64,000 nucleotides of DNA from Candidatus Versatilivorator sp. (GTDB taxonomy: Bacteria; Acidobacteriota; Terriglobia; Versatilivoradales; Versatilivoraceae): assembly GCA_965207735.1 (NCBI GenBank), contig OZ242296.1, forward strand, positions 1,309,808 through 1,373,807, in the 5' to 3' direction. The notes under the pieces were generated by a model. It searched no databases, had not been told where the DNA came from, and was given only the letters and a program-made list of their open reading frames with translations. Of this stretch, positions 9,547-17,714 are shown one piece after another; positions within the stretch are counted from its first letter, which is position 1; each line of letters opens with the position of its first letter. The position numbers and the translations under genes were made by a program.

Positions 9547-10476
9547 TCAGGACGGCAGCAGAACGTCCCGGTTCTCGGCGACAATCCGCTTGATGTTGCG
9601 GATACAGGCACGATCCAGAGGGTAGCCCAAGTAGTTCGACCAGTTCCGGAACACGCCCAGCTCAACCAGAAGACGCTTCAGCCCCGAGAGCCAGCAGGCC
9701 AAACGGTCGCCGCCGTAGACCGGGTAGAGCATGCGCGTGGTGCGAAGCTGTATTCTTTCGGCGCGGGCATAGTCGCGAGCCGCCACCGCCTGGACCATCT
9801 GAGCCGCCAGGTAACCCGTGAAGATCCCGCCGCCCAACAGCAGGCCGTCATATCCGGCTCTCAAGTAATCCAGACACTGAAATTCATTGCCGTTGAGCAG
9901 GCGCAACCGGGGGCGCTTCCGCCGGGCGGCCAAAGCAATCTCTCGTCGCTGATTGTCGGACGAGCTGTCTTTGACCATGACGACGCGGCGGTCGGCGTAA
10001 ATGGTAGCGAGAACCGACTCCGGGATGACCACCGAACTGTGGCGCCCACGATCATAGATGCCAACCGGCAACTCACTCTCTCTCAGAATCTGACGGTAGT
10101 GATTGGTCAGGGTCTGGGGATTGGCATTGAGAAAGAAGAGCGGTGGCGCGACCACGGCAATTTGAGCTCCATCCGCCTTGGCCGCCCGAATATTGGCGAC
10201 CACGCGGCTGGCCGAGTTGTCGGTAACCTGAACCGCAATCATCAGCCGATCTCGAGAGAACTTGCTGACCGCCCTCACCAATCGCCGTCGCTCCGCATCC
10301 GGCATCCAGGGACCCTCTCCGCAAGTGCCGGCCAGAAAGAGGCCCCGGACTCCCAGGCGCAGATGGTGCTCGACCATTTTTTTGACTGCCACCGTGTCGA
10401 CTTTCAAATCCTTGGTAAACGGTGTCGGCGTGGCCGACCAGACCCCTCCGAGTCTTTTCAGCTGGAGCTTGGTCAT
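9547..10476 (-). CDS. dihydrodipicolinate synthase/N-acetylneuraminate lyase family (DapA-like) aldolase
   Basis: 309 aa. DapA-family motifs (LFLAGTCGEGPWM, active-site Lys region VVMVKDSS). AGGAG RBS before the ATG. First gene of the minus-strand operon. Confidence 0.85.
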   Translation of the reverse strand: MTKLQLKRLGGVWSATPTPFTKDLKVDTVAVKKMVEHHLRLGVRGLFLAGTCGEGPWMPDAERRRLVRAVSKFSRDRLMIAVQVTDNSASRVVANIRAAKADGAQIAVVAPPLFFLNANPQTLTNHYRQILRESELPVGIYDRGRHSSVVIPESVLATIYADRRVVMVKDSSSDNQRREIALAARRKRPRLRLLNGNEFQCLDYLRAGYDGLLLGGGIFTGYLAAQMVQAVAARDYARAERIQLRTTRMLYPVYGGDRLACWLSGLKRLLVELGVFRNWSNYLGYPLDRACIRNIKRIVAENRDVLLPS

Positions 10477-10542
10477 CGTTGGACTCCTGAGCCCGCACTT
10501 CTCACCGGGCCGCTTCCAGGGTGGAAAAAATTATGGAACCAA

Positions 10543-11769
10543 CTAACCGGTCGGCTTTTCGATCCGATAGAGGTGACTGTCGGTTCTCAAGTATATGGCG
10601 CGGCCATGCACGGCAAAAGAGGCCAGGGTGCGACCCGGCAACCGGTTGGTGCCCAGCTTCTTGAACGCCTTCCCGACCTCCAGGATCGTGGCCTCTCCCT
10701 CTTCGTTCAGCAAATAGATTTTCCCGTCGGCATACACTGGCGAAGCCGAATATTCTCCCGGCAGCCTTTCCTGCCAGTGGTGCTTGCCGGTCCGGGCGTC
10801 CAGACAAGATGCGATGCCTCGATCGCTCACCATGTAGAGCTCCTCTCCCACCAACAGTGGAGAAGGATTCAGCGGCACCCCTCGTTTCAAGGTCCAGGCC
10901 ACGTGACTCTCGGTCACATCCCCCTGGCCATCGGGGCGGATCGCATAGAGTGAGGGATGCGGGTAACCCGTGCAAATATAGACCAATCCCAGGCCAAAAA
11001 CAGGGCGAGGAACCAGCGAAAACCCATCGTAGCGCACCCGCCAGATCTCCTCTCCGGAGAGTGGATGGTAGGTCACGACCTGATCGCCTCCCGTGCTGAC
11101 CAATTGGGGCTTACCCTCCACCTGTATGGTCAACGGCGTTGTGTAAGCCATCCGCCCCTTGCGAGACTTTTTCCAGCGCAGCTTTCCCGTATGCTTGTCC
11201 AGGGCCGCCACGAACTGCAGGTCGGTGCCGTCGCAGTTGTAGATGAGAAGGTCCTGGAACAGGACCGGAGAACTGGCCGGCCCGTGGCGATGATCGTACT
11301 CGAACCGGTGCTTCCAAAGGATCTTGCCGTCGCTGCGAAGGCTGGCCGAGCCGAATGCTCCAAAGTGGACATAGACTCTGTCCCCTTCCAGAACGGGAGT
11401 GGGAGAGGCATGGCTGTTCTTGGAATGGATGGAGCCCGCCTCCTCCTGGCGGAAGATCTCCAGGTCGTGGAGCAGTTTTCCATCGCTTCGGCTCAGACAC
11501 AAGGCTCGCAGCGAACGTCCTTCGTCAACCGAGGCGGTCAACCAGATCTTCTCGCCTTGAATGACCGGTGACGACCAGCCGTTTCCCGGTAGGGGAACCT
11601 TCCAGGCGATATTCTTGGTTTCGCTCCATTCCTTTGGGAGGCCACGGGCGGAAGCATGACCCTGGCCCCCCGGCCCCCTGAACTGTGGCCAGTCCTCCTC
11701 TTGAGCGGACATTCGATGTTGGAACAGGACCAGAGTAGACAGAAGAAGAAGGATGGCGGGACGCCTCAT
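10543..11769 (-). CDS. PQQ-like beta-propeller repeat protein (BamB/PQQ-binding-like), secreted
   Basis: Signal peptide MRRPAILLLLSTLVLF. Repeated W-rich propeller blades. AAGGAG RBS before the ATG at 11769. The longer ORF to 11883 is a leader extension. Confidence 0.8.
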   Translation of the reverse strand: MRRPAILLLLSTLVLFQHRMSAQEEDWPQFRGPGGQGHASARGLPKEWSETKNIAWKVPLPGNGWSSPVIQGEKIWLTASVDEGRSLRALCLSRSDGKLLHDLEIFRQEEAGSIHSKNSHASPTPVLEGDRVYVHFGAFGSASLRSDGKILWKHRFEYDHRHGPASSPVLFQDLLIYNCDGTDLQFVAALDKHTGKLRWKKSRKGRMAYTTPLTIQVEGKPQLVSTGGDQVVTYHPLSGEEIWRVRYDGFSLVPRPVFGLGLVYICTGYPHPSLYAIRPDGQGDVTESHVAWTLKRGVPLNPSPLLVGEELYMVSDRGIASCLDARTGKHHWQERLPGEYSASPVYADGKIYLLNEEGEATILEVGKAFKKLGTNRLPGRTLASFAVHGRAIYLRTDSHLYRIEKPTG

Positions 11770-12293
11770 TATGAACTCCTTGCCGAATTCCCGATTCGTT
11801 TGGCAGCCTCCGCCCGAATTTCCTGCCATGAACCGGAAGCCCGGTGGGAAATACGGGCGAAGTACCCTGAAAGCAAGACGCAACGTTATGCCAACTTACC
11901 TAATGATTCAACTTAATTGAACACACAGGGTTGCGATCCACACCCCTCAATCACCCTGCCGGACCCTATCAGGCCACCATGACCATTGGGACGGCGCTTT
12001 CAATCGAGTCCCTATCCTATCTCAAAGTATTGATTTTAAGGACCATTGATGGCAGCGCTTCCTGCCGGTCCGCAGGCAACACCCCCGGTTGCCCTTGCAT
12101 CACACTCGGGACATTCCATGAAATTCGTCAACCGGCCATCAGCCCTGGACACCGCTCAAGACTCAAACTGGAAGGTTTTGATCGTGGAAATACCATTTCT
12201 CTCCAGCTATACTGATCCAGTTCAGGCCTTTCCGACGAGTCCGTTATTTTCCGGCAAGTGAAAACCATCGCTAACACCGGGAGGTCCTCAGCC

Positions 12294-14618
12294 ATGACAA
12301 GTCGACGCGGAATCTTGGTTCTGCTTTCTCTCGTCGCCGTGTCTTTCAATCACTCGACACTGGCACAGTCGCCGGAGACCGGTCCGGCGCTGGGTGTCGC
12401 CAGGCTCAGCCTGGTCAAGGGCGACGTCACCGTGCAGCGAGGCGAATCGGGAGATTCGATTCAGGCCACGGTCAACCTGCCGCTGGTGGAAGCCGATATT
12501 CTGACCACCGGACCGGCTTCCCGCGCCGAACTCCAGCTGGACTCTTCCAATTTTCTGCGCCTCAACGAATACTCCGCGGTTCGACTGGCCAATCTCGCCC
12601 ATCGAACCTTCCGGGTTCAACTGGAGCGCGGGACCCTCACTTACAGTGAATTGAGGGGCGGAGACGCGGACATCGACATCGAAACCCCGCTGGCGGCGGT
12701 TCGTCCGGAAAAGAACGGCCGCTACCGGGTCGAAGTCGTCGGTCTTGACCGGGTGACTGTCACCGTGCGCAAAGGACGGGCCGAGGTGGCCTTGGCAAAT
12801 GGGACGGAAACACTCAAAGCCGGTCAACGCATGATGGTCCACAAGGGACACCAGAACATCGAATTCCAGGTGGCCAAGGCCGATCCCGCGGACGACTGGG
12901 ACCTCTGGAACGTGCGCCGGGACCGGCAACTCAGGAAGTCCAAGGCCTACAGCTACGTGAACCCCAGCATCTACGGCGCGGAGGATCTGGATGATCACGG
13001 CCGTTGGGTCTACGTTCCCAGCTATGGCCGCTGCTGGTTTCCCTCGGTAACGGTGGGCTGGGCTCCCTATCGCTACGGGCGCTGGTCATGGTTGGACTAC
13101 TATGGCTGGACCTGGGTCAGTCACGACCCCTGGGGCTGGGCTCCCTACCACTACGGGCGCTGGTTCCGCCACGCCCGTTTCGGTTGGGGCTGGTATCCCG
13201 GCTCCTATTACTCCCGTCACCATTGGCGACCGGCCCTGGTGGCCTTTTTCGGGTACGGCGGCCGCGGCGGGCCAGGGATCGGCCTGGGTTCGAGGTTCGG
13301 ACATTACGGCTGGATTCCACTGGCGCCTGGCGAGCCCTACTATCCCTGGTATGGCCGTCGTGTTCACCGCCGCGCGAGGCCGGGCAGGGGCGGCTCGACC
13401 GTCCTGGTCGACAACCGGATCAATATCTACAACAACTATCGCAATGCCCGCCATCGCAACGGCACCACCCTGGTCGCCGCCAGGGCATTCTCCCGAGGAC
13501 AGATTCTGAATGCGCGCGCCCTGCAGGCCTCCGAGGTAAGACGGGCCAGCCTGGTGCGCGGCCGGATTCCGGTCGTACCCGATCGCACCAGCCAGGGACG
13601 ACTTGTTCAGAGAGCCCGCCGCTCGGCTCAAGGTGCCGGCTCCACCGCTCAAACCCGCTTCTTTTCGACCGGACGCGCACGGCGCAACATCGCCCGTCGT
13701 TCTTTCGTCCAGCAGCGCCAGGAGATGGCCCGATTCGTCGATTCCCTGGGTCGAAGCGACGTCCAGGCCGGCCGGCCGGCCAATCCCCGCTCTTCCGCCA
13801 GGCCCGAAGCGGGTCGTTCGGCGCCAGGTTTACGGCCACCGGGGACGACTACCAGCAGGTCCACGGTAGGATCCACCAACCGGCGCAGCCTGCCGTCACG
13901 GTCAAATCCGGCGGCGGTCCGCGGTCGGAGTAACGTCGATCGAAACCCCACAGGCGCCGTGAATTCTCCACGTCCAACGGCTGCCCGTCCGGATGGCGGG
14001 AACCGGCCGGACTCGCTCGAGCGCTGGCGGCGCTTAAACCGCCGCACTGCCACCCAAGGTACGATCCCGCGCGGGACACCCTCCAGAAGCTCGACTCCGC
14101 GCGCGGCTGAATCGGTGTCCGAATCTTCCCCTTCGGTGCCGTCGGTCCCTCCAGTGCGACCCTCTCCGCGCTTCGCGCCCAGAAGTTCCTCTCGAGTCGA
14201 CAGCGTCCGCGGGCAGAGCTCTCCCAGCAACAGCCGGCCGTCCCGCTCGGTCTCCAGGCCCTCCAGCCGAAGCTCTTCGCGGGTCTCGACGCCGTCACGG
14301 CCTTCGCCGCCACGGTCCACCTCGAGGGTTCGCAGCTCTTCCAGCCGCAGCCGTCCGTCACCTTCGGTCTCCAGGCCCTCCAGCCGGAGTTCCTCACGGG
14401 TCTCGACCCCGTCACGGCCTTCACCGCCCCGGTCCACCTCGAGGGTCCGGAGCGCCCCCAGCCGCAGCCGTCCGTCGCCTTCGGTTTCCAGGCCCTCCAG
14501 CCGGAGTTCCTCGCGAGCCTCTACCCCCAGTCGCTCGAAGTCAAGCTCCTCCATCCAACGTAGTAAATCGCGGAGTTCGAGCAAGAGCCAGTCGCGAAGC
14601 CGATCTCAAAGGCGTTAG
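12294..14618 (+). CDS. FecR-domain protein with Trp/Gly/Tyr-rich GRW-repeat region and a ~330-aa Arg/Ser/Pro-rich low-complexity C-terminal tail
   Basis: GGGAGG RBS 9 nt before the ATG at 12294. Signal-peptide-like MTSRRGILVLLSLVAVSF. FecR-type segment (GDVTVQRG...ADILTTGPASRAELQL). WGWAPYHYGRW-type repeats. C-terminus is built from 120-bp tandem DNA repeats. Confidence 0.8.
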   Translation: MTSRRGILVLLSLVAVSFNHSTLAQSPETGPALGVARLSLVKGDVTVQRGESGDSIQATVNLPLVEADILTTGPASRAELQLDSSNFLRLNEYSAVRLANLAHRTFRVQLERGTLTYSELRGGDADIDIETPLAAVRPEKNGRYRVEVVGLDRVTVTVRKGRAEVALANGTETLKAGQRMMVHKGHQNIEFQVAKADPADDWDLWNVRRDRQLRKSKAYSYVNPSIYGAEDLDDHGRWVYVPSYGRCWFPSVTVGWAPYRYGRWSWLDYYGWTWVSHDPWGWAPYHYGRWFRHARFGWGWYPGSYYSRHHWRPALVAFFGYGGRGGPGIGLGSRFGHYGWIPLAPGEPYYPWYGRRVHRRARPGRGGSTVLVDNRINIYNNYRNARHRNGTTLVAARAFSRGQILNARALQASEVRRASLVRGRIPVVPDRTSQGRLVQRARRSAQGAGSTAQTRFFSTGRARRNIARRSFVQQRQEMARFVDSLGRSDVQAGRPANPRSSARPEAGRSAPGLRPPGTTTSRSTVGSTNRRSLPSRSNPAAVRGRSNVDRNPTGAVNSPRPTAARPDGGNRPDSLERWRRLNRRTATQGTIPRGTPSRSSTPRAAESVSESSPSVPSVPPVRPSPRFAPRSSSRVDSVRGQSSPSNSRPSRSVSRPSSRSSSRVSTPSRPSPPRSTSRVRSSSSRSRPSPSVSRPSSRSSSRVSTPSRPSPPRSTSRVRSAPSRSRPSPSVSRPSSRSSSRASTPSRSKSSSSIQRSKSRSSSKSQSRSRSQRR
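14215..14585 (+). repeat. in-frame tandem repeat, ~120-bp period x ~3, encoding an SR/SP-rich 40-aa unit
   Basis: cagccgcagccgtccgtc(a/g)ccttcggt(c/t)tccaggccctccagccggagttcctc... recurs at ~14231, 14351 and 14471. Confidence 0.8.
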
Positions 14619-14650
14619 CGCCAATGGCTTCCGATACCCCGTAACAGAAC

Positions 14651-14684
14651 CAGCCCCCGTTTGTCACCGGGGGCTGTTCTCTGG
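14651..14684 (+). terminator. candidate intrinsic terminator after the FecR-like gene
   Basis: Perfect 9-bp stem cagcccccg / cgggggctg with loop tttgtcac, followed by ttctct. Confidence 0.45.
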
Positions 14685-14717
14685 AAAAAGATTCAGGGAT
14701 GGCGCGGAATTCTCTCT

Positions 14718-15105
14718 TGCCTGAAACAAACGCCTGCGCCTGGTGGCTGGAAACCGGTTCATAGTCAAGCATGGGTAGATTTTTGATTCACATCGATGCA
14801 CAGGATGCACAGGATTATTGGGCGAGAGATTCCACCGTCATGAGTTCAACCATCGCCTCTGTTCCAACACGGATTTCCCAAAACCCGTTCCCGGGCTCTT
14901 GGATCACTTCCAACACCCACCCGATCATTGAGCGGGTCTGCTTCCTGTGGCACAGCCTCTCGTGCTGTTTATCCTGTCTATCCTGTGTATCCATGTTCAA
15001 TAAGTAGAAAACCGGTTTAGCACGACTTGGCCCTTGTTCCCGACAGGCCATGAAGATTCGTTGTTTCACTCTCGTATGATCCGCACGGTAGGGCGGGGGC
15101 CTGGC
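14718..15105 (+). mobile_element. MITE-like non-autonomous element, full copy A
   Basis: Left arm cttgcctgaaacaa...ggaaaccggttcatagtcaagcatgggtag...catcgatgcacaggatgcacaggat. Right arm atcctgtctatcctgtgtatccatgttcaa...gaaaaccggttt...gttgtttcactctcgtatgatccgcacggtagggcgggggcc. Arms are mutually inverted (ATGGAT-nnACAGGAT-nnACAGGAT). ~80-85% identical at the ends to copy D. Confidence 0.55.
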
Positions 15106-15232
15106 GCATGAAGGGTCTCGGGAGTTCCGGCAGGAAAGTCTTGTCTCCACGCACCGATGCGTTTAATCTTCAAACCGGTTTGCATTCGACGGGTCAGGCT
15201 TTCACGGTCCCAACCAGGAAAAGGAGCGACTG

Positions 15233-16933
15233 GTGCCATTCGAGCTTTCAGCTCAACATCTGGCGGCAGTCAACCGTCGCCGCAGAGTGGTGGTCAACCG
15301 GGATGCCATACACGGAGACCCCACCTTCACTGACCCGGACATCCGGGATCTGGTCGATTACAAGTTTGACTTCATTGACCACTTCCCGACTCATATCGAC
15401 AGCCTGTGGTGGAATTGGGGGGAGGGCCACCAGGCCCCCTACCCCAGCAAGATCCTGCCCCACTACGCCCAGACCTACGACCATCCCGGCTACCAACGAT
15501 GGTTGGACGAGGGCATCGATCCCGTCCGGATCTTCTTGGAAGAAACGCACAAACGAAAGCTGGAAGCCTTTTTTGCCTATCGCATCAACGGCGGCGACAA
15601 CGACCTTCACTTGCTGCCCACCCGCCAGCTCTCGCTGAAGGAATCCCACCCCGACTGGCTGATCCATTTGCCCTGGAGAGATTCGGGGATGTGGAATTTT
15701 GCCGTTCAGGGCGTCAGGGACTACAAGTTGAGCATCCTGAGGGAGGTGGCTGAAAACTACGACTTCGACGGCATTGATATCGACTTCGCCCGCGCCCCTC
15801 CGGTGCTGCCTCCCGGCAGGCAGTGGCAGTTGCGCCACCACCTCACGGAGTTCATGCGCGCGCTCCGTTCCATGCTCCTGGAGTTCGAACGCAAGCGCAA
15901 CCGTCCTTTCCTTTTGTCGGCCAGGGTTCCGGAAACGGTTGAGGGCGCCCACTTCGACGGCCTGGACGTGGAAACCTGGGCCCGGGAGCAGATTGTGGAT
16001 CTATTCGCCCTGGGAGTGCGTTCCTTCGAGGTCGACATTCAGGGCTACCGGTCCTTCACCCGGCACCGCAACATCAAGCTCTATCCCAGCCTGGACGACT
16101 GGCACAGCAGCGACGGCTATCAATGGCCGCCCATCGAAGTCTTTCGCGCGATCTTCGCCAACTGGTGGAGGCAAGGAGCTGACGGCATCCACACCTTCAA
16201 CTTCTCTTACGGTCGCCCCGAGCCGGCAGCCCGAATCGGAGTTCCCTTTCCCGACCCCGTGGTCCACGTCTGGAGATCAGCTCAGTGGAGCGACACACCG
16301 GTCTGGGAAAGCCACCTGCAGGCCTACCGCGAAATGGGTATTCCGGCAACGCTGAGAGACCGGGACAAGACCTTCGTGATACAGCGTCGGGGTGGGGGCG
16401 GACACCCCTCTCTGGAGCCGGACAAATGGCATACTCCCCGATATTTTTATGCCAACTCCAACATGATGGCCCAACTCCCGGCCGCTTTGGCCAATGACGG
16501 CAAAGCCGATACCCTGCTTCGATTGGAGGTGGCGGACGACTTGGGCCGGAATCCCGACCGGCTCGAAGACCTCAATCTGCGGATTTTGTTGTCGGACCCG
16601 GCCGCCCAGTCCCTGCCCAACACCCAAAAACTGGAGCGCACCTTCGTCAAGCGATTCATGCAGGCCAGGATCCGGGCGCGCAAGGCCCAGCCTCCCGACA
16701 GTTACTACAACCTGCCTCCCCGAAAGGGGATCGACCGGCAGATCGAGGTGAGACTGAACGGGGCGTTACTGGCTCAACCCGCAATTGAAGAGGGATGGCT
16801 GACGTTTCGGCCGCGGGGAACGCAGTTGGTTGCCGGCGCCAACCTGTTGGGGATTCGGCGCACCCGCCCGGTAGCCGATACCCAACCCCGGATGCAGGTG
16901 GAAAAGGTCGAACTGAAGGTGCGCTACCGATAG
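15233..16933 (+). CDS. glycoside hydrolase-like family 10 (GHL10/DUF187-type TIM barrel) protein, cytoplasmic
   Basis: 566 aa. YDFDGIDIDFARAPP motif typical of PF02638-like proteins. AAGGAG RBS 6 nt before the GTG start. Confidence 0.55.
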   Translation: MPFELSAQHLAAVNRRRRVVVNRDAIHGDPTFTDPDIRDLVDYKFDFIDHFPTHIDSLWWNWGEGHQAPYPSKILPHYAQTYDHPGYQRWLDEGIDPVRIFLEETHKRKLEAFFAYRINGGDNDLHLLPTRQLSLKESHPDWLIHLPWRDSGMWNFAVQGVRDYKLSILREVAENYDFDGIDIDFARAPPVLPPGRQWQLRHHLTEFMRALRSMLLEFERKRNRPFLLSARVPETVEGAHFDGLDVETWAREQIVDLFALGVRSFEVDIQGYRSFTRHRNIKLYPSLDDWHSSDGYQWPPIEVFRAIFANWWRQGADGIHTFNFSYGRPEPAARIGVPFPDPVVHVWRSAQWSDTPVWESHLQAYREMGIPATLRDRDKTFVIQRRGGGGHPSLEPDKWHTPRYFYANSNMMAQLPAALANDGKADTLLRLEVADDLGRNPDRLEDLNLRILLSDPAAQSLPNTQKLERTFVKRFMQARIRARKAQPPDSYYNLPPRKGIDRQIEVRLNGALLAQPAIEEGWLTFRPRGTQLVAGANLLGIRRTRPVADTQPRMQVEKVELKVRYR

Positions 16934-16952
16934 CTGCCGGCTATCCGGACAC

Positions 16953-17411
16953 TCAAGGGTTCGCGTCACGAACCACTCGCCCAAACATCTGACCGCCTAC
17001 ATCGCCGCCGCTCCAGGTTCCGGCATACTGATCCCGAAAGATCAGGACCCTGGCCGTGTAGGTTCCGAGGCCCGGGATGCTCAAGTCAGTCAGAGTGATG
17101 ACCGGAGTGTCGCCCGCCCACTGAACATTGAGCGGCAATGGTAGGGTAACGTCACGCTTGCCATATCGAATTCGGACCTGAAAGAGCCAAAGACCACCTG
17201 GAATCTTGGAAACCTTGGTAATGGTGTACTCTTCCTCCCGCAGATCTTTTTGATCCCCCACCGTGAAGTGGCCGACAAGAGTCGCTCCGGAAAGTGACTG
17301 CTGGAAATCCTCTTCCAAGGCAGCCGCATCAGGGGGACCGGCATTGCGGCTACAGCCCGCGGCGGCTGCAATCAGCACGGCAACGGACAATGCAAGCGTC
17401 TTTGGTTTCAC
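16953..17411 (-). CDS. putative lipoprotein of unknown function
   Basis: GTG start with AAAGGAAG RBS. Lipobox-like LIAAAAGC after the hydrophobic h-region. The ORF-track extension to 17507 is a leader. Confidence 0.55.
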   Translation of the reverse strand: MKPKTLALSVAVLIAAAAGCSRNAGPPDAAALEEDFQQSLSGATLVGHFTVGDQKDLREEEYTITKVSKIPGGLWLFQVRIRYGKRDVTLPLPLNVQWAGDTPVITLTDLSIPGLGTYTARVLIFRDQYAGTWSGGDVGGQMFGRVVRDANP

Positions 17412-17714
17412 GGTTCTTCCTTTCAGTGAGGAGGCGTCGATCCGAAACTGCTTCGGGAAAAGTACACCGAGGGCCGGCCCTTCCATGACCCGGGCCGGGA
17501 AAATCATAACATCTCGCGTGAACTTGGGTCCGGCCTCCTTCGAATCCGGGACTCGCTCGGGTGGAACCGAAAAGGGTTCCGGACCCTTTCCGGAATGTAA
17601 AACAATCGGCAGTGGCAGCCGGTCATGCCAGGAGGCGGCGGGGAAGGCTGTTCGATAGCGCGATTACGAATAGACACCCCGGCTTCAGTGGAATGATCCG
17701 GCGGATGGGGACCC

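Noticed and set aside
9451-10953. 500-aa + strand ORF
   Set aside because: Spans the antisense of the DapA-like and PQQ-propeller genes. No RBS or domains.
13649-14584. 311-aa minus-strand ORF with REELRLEGLETEGDGR repeats
   Set aside because: Reverse-complement reading of the 120-bp tandem repeats inside the FecR-like gene. The + strand frame is the coherent protein.
14771-15007. Short ORFs translating MDAQDAQD-type peptides (also 26276-26482, 32765-33022, 36674-36931)
   Set aside because: They lie entirely within copies of the MITE-like repeat. The repeated peptide reflects the repeated DNA, not a gene family.
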